In this document: piece by piece, positions 11,769 through 24,202 of the stretch
Layout of the letters: each line of letters begins with the position of its first letter
Position numbering within the stretch: position 1 is the stretch's first letter
NCBI GenBank assembly: GCA_964016885.1
Contig: OZ024753.1
Span: 28,830,001 to 28,894,000 of the forward strand
Source: Eledone cirrhosa
Taxonomy: Eukaryota
Direction of reading: 5' to 3'
DNA length: 64,000 nucleotides
Made by a program: the position numbers and the translations under genes
The notes under the pieces: model-generated
Told to the model about the DNA's origin: nothing
What the model saw: only the letters and a program-made list of their open reading frames with translations
The model's database searches: none

Positions 11769-14597
11769 AATTAATAAAAACAATGAAATAAAAACAAGTT
11801 CCTTATATTAAAAAATTCATCATTTTACGATCGTTTCTAGGATGTATATGTGTGTTGGTATGTATATCATATAGATCTAAGTAAAGATATTACAAATTAT
11901 CAGAGGAAATATACATACCTTCACATATACATGCTGTCTTCAGAAATGATGAGATTTGTTTATTGAAAAAAAACAACAAAAATTTAATATAAAAGGTCTG
12001 TTTGGGAACAGGTTTTGGATTGACCAATAGAAAAGTAGTTAGGTCAAGTTGATAGAATAGTGGTAGTAGAAATTTAATTTAGGGGTAGAGGAGTGCAGAC
12101 TTATGTTTTGAATGAAAAGAATACTTTGGGGATGAAAAGAGGTCAAGCCAGTGAAGGGTACACGAAAATTTGATGTTTTTAAAGAATAATGTTAAAAACG
12201 AAGGAAAATAAAATTGTATGGTAAGGGTATTAGTGAGAAATACCAATCTTATTTAAACCACAAGGAATCTAGATCTATAACAAGGAATTAAATTAATTGA
12301 TAGGTATACTTATAAGGATAAATTTATATTAATTCATATGAATGTGATAAATAAGAATTAGATGTTATTAAAGAGTGTTGTTAAAAAACGAAGGAAAGTA
12401 AAATTTTGGGATAAGGGTAGTAGTGAGAAATACCAATCTTATATAAACTACAAGGAATTTAGATTCATAACAGGACATTAAATTAATTTATAGGTATACT
12501 TTTAGGTATTAATTTTAGGAAAAGAGAGCTGTAAGAGGGAAATAAAATTATGAAGTTTTCTGTAGTAAAGTACTAATTATAGGTTAACTAAATAAAAAAA
12601 AAACTAATTATAATAATATGTAAAATATAAGTGTAAGATGTATATTGTATATTAATTAGATTTATAATATTTGAAGGTACTTCTAATTCTATGATTGCAA
12701 GATATAATTAATTCTTGTCGCTTATTTAATAGGATATCCTTAGATTTCATGATTTCAAAAAGTTCCTGGGAGCATAACCTACACTCGTATCTGCTATCTT
12801 GATAAGGGGTGGCCCTTTTGAACACACTCCAGGTCAGGTTGTAATCGATATTCTTCTTTCTATAATTATTGTTTCAGCCAAGGATGTTGTATTAGCTAAT
12901 GCGACATTTTAAAAACTATGTTTGTTGGTATTAAATCTTACTTTAAATTGGTTAGACGTAGCTCCTATATATGAATAAGTGGAGTCCTTAGTGCTAATTT
13001 TACATTTATAGACTGTTATTAATAAGACAATTTCCCTTTAATGGGCAATTTCTTTTGATTCTACAGTTACAATCATTCGTGAATATTATATCAGGGGAGT
13101 TAGTCAAATTTGGTGTGGAATTTACTCGACTTGTTATAGGTGAAGGAGATGGTGGATTGTTGCGGTTTATTTTAGTATTATGGTTGGTTTGATGTGTTGG
13201 TGGTATATTTGTGGGTTTTTTTTACATTTGTGGTTGTACGCACTTATATTTTGTTGTATATTTTTGGTAGTGGAGTAGGAAAATTTGAAAGTTGATCTAT
13301 TTAAAATTTGATGGTATTTATGGTTTGGCGGGAAGTTTTTCTCTAGGATAGTAAAAATTTTTTTAGGGATATTATCTTTAATTTGTAGATTAAATTGAGC
13401 ATTATACCAAGTAACCCATCTATTACGGTTTCGATATTGTTTTTTATATTTATACGATCTATCAGGATGTTTACTAAGAGAGTTACTATTAGTGAATTTA
13501 TTATATATAGGTTTAGTTAGATTAACTGATTTAGGTGTTTTAGTCTGATTACTAGGAATTTTGTTAGTAATATTGTTAACATATATTGGAGTATTAGGAT
13601 GAATGGTTTTTTTGAAAGTCATTATATTTTATGTGAGAAGAGGTGGAGAAATTAAGTTTTAGGTTGGTATTTTTGGGTGTAGTATGAGTGGCATTTAGGT
13701 GTGGCTTTTTCATTTGGTGTTTGTTGGTAATATTGGGTTGTATGTTTGAAGTATTAATGGTGCAAGGTATATAGACTAATTTGTTTTTGTGGCCGCTTCT
13801 ATCTAAAGCTTCGTTATAAAAGGGCGCGTTTTTATCGAATACATCCTAGTTAGATGAAAGGTTAGAGATTCTGAGAGAGATATTATATGCTAGGTTTTTA
13901 AGGATAGATCTAGGGTGATTGGATTGTGAGTGTATGTAATGTAAGTTTTTGTTAGGTTTATGATAAGGTTGGTAGATACCCGTAGATAGGTCTAAAGTTA
14001 TATCTAGGAAATTGACTATTTTACTGGTGTTTTCAAATGTAATAGTGAGATTGTAATAGTCTTTGAGGAAAGTTCTAATAAGTTTTTTATTTTTTTCAAT
14101 TTCTGATAGGCTAAGATTAGTCGAAAGAAGAAGACAGTCATCACGATATAAACCACCTTTAAGGTGGGGAAAAGATGAATTAATGTTAAATAGAAGAAAG
14201 AGGCCCACAAGATCAGTAAATTGGGTGGAATCACTAGAGCCCATAGTAATGTTGAAGAGATTACTATATGTATTTCTGGTCCAGTATTCCTTCTGAAATT
14301 CCAGTAGTGTTTGTCTAGCGTGCGTGATAATATTAATGTCATCGATAGTTAAGTTTGATCTATTTTTGGCAAATATCAAGGCTTTGTTCAGGAGTATGGG
14401 TGATATAGAGGAATAATAAGCATCTATAACAAATTGTAGAAATGAAGCAGATGATTTAATTCTAATATTAGTAAACCAGTTAATTACTTGGGATGTGTTT
14501 TCCCAGAGTGGTAAATTAACGTGTTTTCTTAATTATGGGATGATTCTATCTAAAAAAAAATGTTACTAATGATGCCAATATCGGACTTGGAAGTGCA
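11766..14597 (-). mobile_element. Decayed, 5'-truncated Penelope-like element (RT + GIY-YIG; Cys-rich linker as in the Neptune group)
   Basis: RT motifs ITMGS..S, GLYRDDCL, VNFLDITLDL, YIHSQSNHP (13846-14379). Linker CNCRIKRNCPLKGNCL (~13025-13075). Endonuclease VYKC...YIGATSNQFKVRF (~12910-13015). Multiple stops and frameshifts; ~190-bp-period duplication in the 3' UTR. Confidence 0.9.
11817..11952 (-). ncRNA. Type I hammerhead ribozyme motif in the Penelope 3' pLTR
   Basis: Minus strand: TCATCATTT-CTGAAGA-CAGCATGTATATGTG...CACATATACATCCTA-GAAA-CGATCG-TA-AAATGATGA; 9-bp stem I, palindromic stem III. Confidence 0.8.
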
Positions 14598-14729
14598 TAT
14601 ATATACATATATATATAATGTATGAATATATAAATATATATAAAATTGAGATAAGCGGAACAAGTAAAATTCAATCAATCTTTCAAAATATATTCAAAAA
14701 ATATAATTTAAATATTTACCTATCCATAT

Positions 14730-14810
14730 TGCTTTTACCAACAGTTTCGCCTCACAAAAGATTGGAAATCCCAGGAATTTCCAATGGAAAGTTCGGCTCT
14801 TCAGAAAGCA
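14730..14810 (-). ncRNA. Type I hammerhead ribozyme motif with canonical core, in a probable pLTR fragment (~14645-14975)
   Basis: Minus strand: TGCTTT-CTGAAGA-GCC...TTGGAAATTCC-T-GGGATTTCCAA...GGC-GAAA-C-TGTTG-G-TA-AAAGCA; predicted GUA cleavage between 14736 and 14735. Confidence 0.85.
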
Positions 14811-14977
14811 TTTTCCCTTACATAGGACATAAAGTCCCATAGCCGGCAAATATATTGCCTTCAGCCAGCTAGTGGAGGATCGAATGGGGCCGTAAACGTG
14901 ACGTACACGTGAACTGGTCGTTAGTAGAAGCGGGAGTAGCATCAACGTGTTGTCTGCCACACCACTAAAAATAGCAG

Positions 14978-15220
14978 ATCATCATCATCATCATCGTTTA
15001 ACGTCCATCTTCCACGCTTGCATGGGTTTGGACGGGAATTTTCCCACTTGAGGCAAGATTGGTTGACTTGCTCGTATAGGACTGTCTGGCGGGTTTTCTA
15101 CGGCTGGATGCCCTTCCTAACACCAACCACGTTTACAGTGTGGACTGGGAGGTTTTTACCGTGTTACCTACACGGCCACATTACAGCATGGACTGTGTGT
15201 TTTTTTGTCGTGACACCTAC
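14978..15220 (-). mobile_element. SINE 3' tail fragment (family A type)
   Basis: CATCATCATCGTTTAACGTCC...GGCTGGATGCCCTTCCTAACACCAACC. Confidence 0.75.
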
Positions 15221-15223
15221 ATG

Positions 15224-15253
<30 letters not shown>

Positions 15254-15254
<1 letters not shown>

Positions 15255-17900
15255 TTTCTCTTTCTCTTAATTTCGAGTATATTTTTTTGACCGGCCACCT
15301 TCCTGGTGGCAAGGTTGTAAAAGAAAAGAAATTGTCATCCCTTGAATCGCAAGAATGTTTTGCAAATTTTGAAGGTGCCAGTTAGCGCAGCCATTTGTAG
15401 ACTATGAATTAGGGAGCTGCGCTTTTTGTCCGCAAATCCAAGTTCAGTCATACTTTGGTCCAAGCGGGTTGGTATATAACCCGTAGCACCAATAATGATG
15501 GGTATGAAGCTAAAGGTGTATCTTGGATACTGGATCTGTAAACTCCTCATCAATGGTCCGTAGATGTCCTCCTTCTCCTGTATTTTTCTGACAACGTTTA
15601 CATCAAGTGGGCAGCTGATCTCCACAACAGAACACGTTTTCAATGTGTGTTCCCAAACTACAATATCAGGCCGGTTGTGCTTTAATTTGGTGGCAGTTTT
15701 TATTTTCAGGTTCCACCAGTATTCCTTAGTGCCATCTGTCTCAATATATTCTTCCTCGTTTGTTGTTAATTTTGTTTTCCGAAGTGCGTTCCAGATGGTT
15801 CTAGCTATCCCATCGTGTCTCATGGGGAGGTAGTAGCGAGATGACATTCTTTCGCAGCTGGCAACAATGTGGCTTACATCATCGATCTTTGTTTTACATA
15901 GCCTACATTTATTGTCAGCTGCTGGCCCTCCTCTTTTGTGCAGCAGATATTTGGTAGGGAGTTCTTGTTCCTGTATTGCATAGAGATATCCCTCAAGGTG
16001 TGATGTCATAAACTTGTCGGAACTCCATGCCAGGCTTTTTGAGTGGTTTATCCCCTCTATGGTCTGTGTTTTACGCCTCAAGTATCCATGCACAACTTTT
16101 TCTGTAAATTGGTCAATTTTTTTTATCTTGTTTGAACATTGAATAGGATCTTCCGATTTCTCTGGGTGAGAGATTTATATCAGGCTTTATTCCATATCTC
16201 TCCTCCAGATCAGTCGCTATTCTAATGATATTTCTTTTTTCATGGTCATAAACCTGGGCAAGATGGTTGCCAACCTTTTTCCTCTGTTGAAGGTGTTGCT
16301 TCAGTGTTACTATCCGGGTCTCATATGTTGTTAATATTGATTTTAGACCCCGGCCACCTTCCTTGCGTGAGAAGTATAGCCTATCCACATCACCATTGAT
16401 GTTAAAGTTCCCAGTAACACTGAGAAGTTTTCGAGTTCTAACATCCATCTCACTTAGTTCTTGCAATGACCAGTTGAGTAGGCCAAATGTTGGCGTTAGA
16501 ATTGGCACAGCATAAGTATTGTGGGCAATGTATTTGCTGTATGCTGACAGTTCTGATGACCATATTTTCTTTACTCTTCTGAGGTATTCAGTTCTGGTTC
16601 TCTCCTTATTTATGGGTCCATCATATCTGACATTCTCATCCTGTCCAAGATATCTGTAGTTGTCACCTGACTGCAGAGGTTGTATTGTCAGGCCGTTCAT
16701 CTCTAGATTTCTAGAGGAGGGCACAGCTCTTCCACGTTTTACTGCCAAATATGCACACTTGGACTCACCAAATTTCATTTTGATGTCGGTTGAAAATTGT
16801 GTAATGAGGTCCAATTGTTTCTTGATGTCATTGATATTTGGCCCATACAACTTCAGGTCATCAACAAAGAAAAGATGGGAGATACTTCTGGGCCCACTTC
16901 TTTGTCCACCTTGTTTCCTGAGTAGGTAAGATAGGGGATTCAGGGAGAGAACGAAGAGTAGCACTGACAAGCTATCACCCTGAAAGATGCCCTTCTGGTA
17001 ATGTATCTTATCAGTCTTAACCTGCTCCTTCTCACCTCTAAGGATCAAACTGGTGTACCAGTTCTTGGTCAGGCGTTCAACAGCAGCTACCAATGGTTGT
17101 GGGACTTTAGCTAACTGTAAAGCCTTAACAATCCACCCATGAGGTACACTATCAAATGCTTTTTGATAGTCCAGCCACACGACAGTCATGTTTCTGCGAT
17201 TCTTTGTTGTTTTTTCCTGAATCATTTTGTTAGTTAGTAGGTGATCTATGCAACCCCACACCTCCCTCTTTCCACCAGCTTGCTCAGGTGTTATGATGTT
17301 GTTGGTAGCACAGTGATCCTGTAAGAACAGGTTAAGGCACCCAGTATATAATTTATACATGATGTTTTGGCAGGCTATTGGGCGGTAATTTTTAGCAAGA
17401 GTGGTTTGGCTATTTTGGGGAATGAGGAGAGTAGAGGCAGTTGATAACCATCTGTATGAGATCTTGCCGATAGAAAGTGAAATTCTTCAACCAGTATCCT
17501 GTAATGAGGTCTGGGCCTGGCGATTTCCTATTCGACATTTTCTGTAGAGCTGTTTCCAGTATTGACCCATCTATGTCATATTGTTTTGTCTGGACATGTT
17601 GGCAGTAGTCCTGTTCCAGTTCTTTTAGCCAATTAGCTTGTCTGTTGAATCCGTCATCCGTTTCCCATACAGATCTCCAGTAGCTCTCAACCTGTTCTTT
17701 TGAAGGGGTGTCATTTACAGAGATTGAGCTTTTGCCACCGAAGCTGCGATAAACTGATTTAGGATCTCTGGCAAACAATCTATTTAGCACTTGTCGTCTA
17801 TGTGCTGTTGACTTATATTTTAGTCTTTCTGTTGTAGCTGTGAGTTGTTGTTTCAACTGGTGTAATTTGGAGTTCAAAGTTTTAAATTTTGTATCTCCAA
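15254..17900 (-). mobile_element. 5'-truncated R4/Dong-clade non-LTR retrotransposon (RT + restriction-like endonuclease), frameshifted
   Basis: KSPGPDLITGYWLK; WLDYQKAFDSVPH; GIFQGDSLS; HLFFVDDLKLYG; LYFSRKEGGRGL; CCHC CRLC..DDVSHIVASC; RHD; RPDIVV..VEISCP..KEDIY. Flanked by (TATG)n on both sides. Confidence 0.92.
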
Positions 17901-18004
17901 ATGTATGTATGTATGTATGTATGTATGTATGTATGTATGTATGTATGTATGTATGTATGTATGTATGTATGTATGTATGTATGTATGTATGTATGTATGT
18001 ATGT
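17901..18004. repeat. (ATGT)n microsatellite between two RLE LINEs
   Basis: Directly visible. Confidence 0.97.
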
Positions 18005-18687
18005 TCTTCTGGTTTTATAATTTCACAAAGTTTTACCAATAGAGAGAGTCGGTTTCTAACATAGACACAAGACTCTCTCATTGGAATTTACACGTCAACT
18101 AGGTAGATATGTATGCATGCATGTGTAGATATGGATGTTATTGTATGTGTGGTTGTGTATGTTTTGAGTTGTATGTGTGCATGTGTATATGCTTTGTATC
18201 TGTACATGTGTATATGCAGTTATTAGATGCAAAACTTTTGGAATGTTTTACATATTTTTACTGTTCCATTAATGGATTGTACTTGTAATTTCCTAACTAG
18301 TTGTGTTCTTTCTATTCCTGTGAAGCCTAGCTTCTCAAGATTTGTATTGAGGCAGTTACTAACCTACCCCAGTGCCCCAATAATCACAGGCATAAATCTG
18401 AAGGTGTAATCAGGGTGGAGTATCTGCAGATTTCTCATTAATTCTGCATAAATATTCTCCTTTTCACTAATCTTTGATATTATATTGGCATCTGCTGGGC
18501 AGCTAATTTCCACTACTGTGCATGTTTTCTTCTCCCTGTCCCATATCATAATATCTGGTCTGTTATGCCTGCATTTTATTAGGGTTTTTACTGGAACATT
18601 CCACCAGTACTCTTTCATATTATGTACATGGATGCCTTCCACATTGTTGTAGCTTTTAATGTGTTTATTATCGGCGCTATCTTTTTT
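18005..18687 (-). mobile_element. Second, divergent R4/Dong-type 3' fragment (RLE domain + 3' UTR)
   Basis: EYWWNVPVKT..HNRPDIMIWD..CTVVEISCPAD..KENIY..PVIIGALG, homologous to but clearly diverged from 15335-16093; (ATGT)n at both ends. Confidence 0.88.
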
Positions 18688-19407
18688 ATGTATGTATGTA
18701 TGTATTTATGTATGTATGTATGTATTAATTAATTTTTGTATTCTGAAACATCAAAATACAACAATTTTTTGGTCACTGGACTCGGGAATGTCACGACAGA
18801 AGTTTGTGGAAGTTACACAAATATTTTAGTATATTTTAGCAGAGCAATCCTTATTTATATTTTACATTTTACAATTACTTACATCTCAATATAACATGGC
18901 TAAAATTCAAATTTTGCAAAGAGAAGAAAACGGTCAAATGAACTAGATACATCTCACCACCACCACAATAACGTCTACACCCTCTCCCCACCATCACATG
19001 TCATTACCATACCATACCCTATCTAGACTAAAGTCATCGACCTGTTGTCAAACTCTCTACTCTCTGTTGAATGTGTATATATATATGTGTGTGTATGTAT
19101 ATGTGTGTATATACATCACTCAGTCAAACGACCAGATTTCAACCCCAACATCTACAACAACAACAACACCGGCACTAATGTTTACAGCAACAACAGCTTC
19201 AGAATGAACTGAAATGAACATTTACAACAACAACAGCGGCATCAAAACATAAAAAAAGGAAGGGAAAAAAAAACTCAAAATAACAAAACACACACACACA
19301 CACACGCACACAACACAACAACAACATCAACTGCCACCACCACCACCACCGCCACCGCCGCCGCCATCACCATCACCAGCGACCGGGCCTTAAGAAAACA
19401 ACTTTAA

Positions 19408-19762
19408 TAATAATTTTTCTGCTTTTGGCACGGATCCAGCGACTGGCCCAGCCCATCACTGGTGCTCTCTTTTGTTGACTCCGTGGGGATGAAGGGCAAG
19501 GTTGATCTCGGCGGGATTTGAGCTCAGAGCGTGGGGAGCCATAACTCTATGCTGTAAAGCAATTATAATAATTGTTTCTACTTTTGGCACCAGGCCAGCA
19601 ATTATCCCAGTGCATTACTGGTACTTTATTTTATCGACCCCGTAAGGATGAAAGGCAAAGTTAACCTCGGCGGGATTTGAACTCAGATCATAAAGGGAGG
19701 TAACTCTATGCTTCAAAGCATGGCGCCCGACACTCTACCAATACTGCCAATCCACCGCCCAA
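19408..19762 (-). mobile_element. Two adjacent family B SINE copies
   Basis: CTGGTACTTTATTTTATCGACCCCGTAAGGATGAAAGGCAAAGTTAACCTCGGCGGGATTTGAACTC and a more diverged copy at ~19410-19560. Confidence 0.85.
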
Positions 19763-20032
19763 AGCAATTATAATAATACTGGACTGTAATACGATTGGCT
19801 TCAACTATACAAACTCTTGAAAGTCAACAGTTGACATAATCTTGTAATCTTGTATCAGTAATGACGGTAATATATATATATATATATATGTGTGTGCGTG
19901 TAAGTGAGTAGAGTAGCGTGTGTGTGTGTTTGTTTGTATGTATGTGTTGCTGTGTGCGCGCATATGTATGCGTGTGTGTGTATGTCGTACGTATAAGTGT
20001 CAATAAGTGATTTTTTTTTTTTTTTTTTTTTT

Positions 20033-23000
20033 AGCGCGGGGACATAGAAATAATCGGGCTGGATGCCCGATCGCGCAGTTAAACCACTGGGAGTGAAGAA
20101 CCCCTAGCCCTTGTCAGGGCATTCTTCTAGGAGAAGGCATCTCAGGAAGCTGGGATAACTCCGATATAAAACCTGCGGCTCAGTAGTTACCGATGATGAT
20201 CTTTTCTTCTTTTCGGGTTATAGCTACTGTCGCTCAGAGAGTGGGATTGGCTCAGTGCACAGTCTTTCCTCACTTTAAAAATATTCGTCACGCACAGGCA
20301 TTGCACGAGTGCATTAATAATTATTAATAGTGTATTATTATTATTATTATTATTATTACTATTATTATTACTTTTTTTTTTTTTTTTTTTTTCCAATTCA
20401 ATGATGTTCCAGAACAATGTAAAAGAGATAATTGGCAATTTAGGCTCTGGAACAAAAAAGATCATTGGCAATAAGGGCAGGGGCCCCAAGTTATCACAGC
20501 CTGGGCCCGCTCGTCATCGTGCCATTGTAATAGAGCCAAACAGGGCATTTAGTCTTGGCTGCTGGAACGTACGGACGCTGCTTGACAGGGATTCCTTGGA
20601 GCGTCCTGAACGAAGGACCGCTCTAGTTGCAAAGGAGCTTCGACGTTACGATCTTGACATCGTGGCTTTATCTGAGACGAGGTTAGCTGGAGATGGTCAT
20701 CTTACGGAATTTTGTGGAGAATATACATTCTTCTGGAAAGGAAGAGATGAAGGAACCAGAAGAGAGGCTGGGGTAGGATTTGCTGTTAAGACTGTACTTG
20801 TGAATAAATTAGAAGAATTCCCAGTAGGGATTAGTGAGCGTCTTATGTCCATGAGAGTTCCGCTGGACAAGGGAAGATATGCTACCCTGGTGAGTGTGTA
20901 TGCTTCAACTATGAATTCTGTCGATGAAGAAAAACTGTCCTTTTACCATGCCTTGACAGGTGTTCTAAGAAATATCCCTCAGGCAGACAAAGTCATCGTG
21001 CTTGGTGACTTTAATGCTAGAGTGGGTAGGGATTTTAACACATGGAATGTAATCGGAAGGCATGGGGTGGGAAAGTGTAACAGCAATGGTATGCTCCTGC
21101 TGCAGATGTGTGAGGAGCTGGATCTGTGTGTTACCAACACCATGTTCCAACAAAAGAACAAATTCAAGACCACATGGATGCATCCTGCATCTAAGGAATG
21201 GCATCTTTTGGACTACGTCCTAGTCAGGATGCGTGACAGACAGGATGTGCAGTGTGTTCGTGTTCTTCGTGGAGCTGAGTGCTGGACGGACCACCGCCTG
21301 GTACGCGCAAAAGTGAAACTAATCACCAAACGTAAAATCCGGGCTCCTGGTGTTGCCCTGCCCAAAAGATTGAATGCTGCTCGTCTTAAGGATAAAAATG
21401 TGAAGAGGACATTGGAAGAAGAGATGCAGGCTGCAGATCTTGGTGAGGATTGGCCGACCCTTAAAAAGTCGGTTTATGATGTAGGCAGGCGTGTTCTGGG
21501 ATTGGTGCAGAGAAAACATCAGGACTGGTTTAATGAGAATGATGTACATATAGAAGACTTGTTGGCTGATAAGAGGCGTGCTCTGTCACGTTACTTGACG
21601 GCAAAACCACAGGAGAGGAATACGTTGCATGAGGAGCTCAGGGATGTAAAATCACGTGTTAGGCGGAGTCTTTCTCAGATGAAGGATCAGTGGTGGAGTG
21701 AGAAGGCTGGTGAGATACAAACTGCGTCTGATTCCAATAACGCAAAGCTGTTGTACAGTCTCTTGCGTGAGGTTTATGGACCGTCTTCTTCTCTGGTGAC
21801 ACCGCTTCGCAGCAAGGATGGCAAAGAACTTCTTCGTGACTCACAGGGAATTCTACGAAGGTGGCGAGAGCACTTTGATGATCTTTTGAATCAGCCGTCT
21901 GTCGTCAGTGAAGATTTCCTCAATCTCATTCCGGAAAGTCCTGTGAAAGTAGCTCTCGCAGAACCTCCGACGCTTGTGGAGGTTGCAGTGGCTATTTCGA
22001 AGCTGAACAGTGGAAGATCTCGAGGTATGGATGGCATACATGCTGAGCTCCTACAATATGGTGGTGAGAGACTCCTGCAACATCTTCACTCTTTGTTTGG
22101 AAGGATATGGGCTAATGAATCCGTACCTGAGGACTGGAGAGATGCAGTAATGGTGGTCTTGTACAAGGGAAAGGGTAACAGGAATGATTGTGGGAACTAC
22201 AGAGGTATATCATTGCTTTCTGTCGTAGGGAAGGTTTTATGTAGGGTGCTTCTGGACCGTCTGCTGACACACATTGCAGATTGTGTTCTTCCTGAAAGTC
22301 AATCTGGTTTTCGTGCTGGACGCGGCACTACTGATATGATCTTCTCAGCTAGACAGCTCCAGGAGAAGTGCACTGAACAAGGCTTGGATCTGTATCAGGT
22401 TTTTGTCGATCTGACAAAGGCTTTCGATACTGTCAACAGATGCATTATGGAAGGTTCTCCAGAAACTTGGTTGCCCTGATAAGTTCCTTGCTTTAGTTAG
22501 GTCTTTCCATGACGACATGAAGGCTTGGGTTAATGTCGGAGGTAACATGTCGGAGCCTATCTCAGTAAAAAATGGAGTGAAACAGGGGAATATTCCAGCA
22601 CCGACCCTGTTTGCCATATACTTTGCAATGGTTTTCTGTATTGCATTCAGGAATTGCGAGCATGGTGTTTACATCCGATATCGAACCTCAGGCAGCATAT
22701 TTAACATCAGGCGCTTTGCTGCGAAGACAAAAGTATTTACATCAATCATAAGAGACCTCTTGTATGCAGATGATTGCGATCTTGTAGCGCACACAGAGAG
22801 TGATATGCAGCACATTTTGAATGCATTTTCTGACGCTTGCACTGCCCTGGGTTTGATTGTCAGTCTCAAGAAAACCGTCGTCATGTACCAACCTGCCCCT
22901 GGTAAGCAGTACACTGAACCAAACATCTATGTGTATGGCAAACGACTTGGAGTGGTTGATCAGTTTGTCTACCTGGGAAGCACTGTCAATCGATACGGCA

Positions 23001-24139
23001 ACCTTGACGGTGAAATCTCACTTAGGATTAGGAAAGCAAGTGATGCTTTCGGAAAGCTAGAAAGGCGACTCTGGGGTCGGCGAGACATATGCAGGAGGAC
23101 AAAGGTAAAGGTGTACAGGGCATGTGTACTCTCTTGTCTTCTTTATGCCTGCGAGACCTGGGTCACATATCGACACCACCTTAAGCAATTGGAGCGTTTC
23201 CATCAGATGTGTCTCAGACGGATCCATGGCGTTCACTGGAAGGACCACATCAGTGATGTCGAGATTTTGGAAAGCTCTATGTGTGACAGTATAGAAGCTC
23301 TTGTGCTTAAGCAACGACTCCGTTGGAGTGCTCACCTTGCCAGGATGAAGGATTCTAGAATACCAAAAACAACTCTTCTATGGAGAGTTGGTTAAAGGAA
23401 AACGATCGCCACATAAACCAAAAAAGAGGTATAAGGATTCCTTGAAAGCCTCTCTGAAAGACGCTAACATCTCTGCTGATACATGGGAAAATATTGCTGC
23501 TGATCGTAATAAATGGAGAAAGACTGTATATGAGGGAAAAGTTGCCTTTGAGGCATCTCGAATCGCACACGAGAAAGTAAAGCGGGATGTGAGGAAGGGC
23601 ATTGCTGTTGCACTTCCAGACGGCGAGGGTCCTCCTATGGTGCTGACATGCAGCGTCTGTGCGAGACTCTGCCTAAGCAAAGCTGGACTCGAAAGTCATC
23701 TTCGCAGTCATAAAGTAAGACCAGTGGTTGACTACCAGGCTGCTGTTGGAGATGCTACTCATCATGCTTGCCAAACATGTGGTAGAGAATGTAAATCAGC
23801 AGGAGGGCTCAAGCGACATGCAAAAGTACACGAACTCCAACCGACTATTCCCAGTGAATGTTTTGGTTGCCGACTCTGTGCAAGACATTTTAGATCATTG
23901 GCTGGGCTAAAAAGCCACATTCGATCGCAGCACTGTTAGTTGCTATCGTGTGTGTGTGTGTGTGTAGATATGCTTATGTGCGTGCGTGTGTGTGTATATA
24001 TATATGAATATGTATATCATTATTGTTGTTGTCGTTATTATTATTATTGCTTATTATTATTATTATTATTATTATTATTGTTATTAATGTATGTATATGT
24101 GTATGTATGTGTGTATGTATGTATGTATGTATGTATGTG

Positions 24140-24202
<63 letters not shown>

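Noticed and set aside
17901-18081. N-terminal part of the 223-aa ORF (HTYI repeats)
   Set aside because: Frame runs through the microsatellite into the neighbouring element's 3' UTR; not part of the LINE protein.
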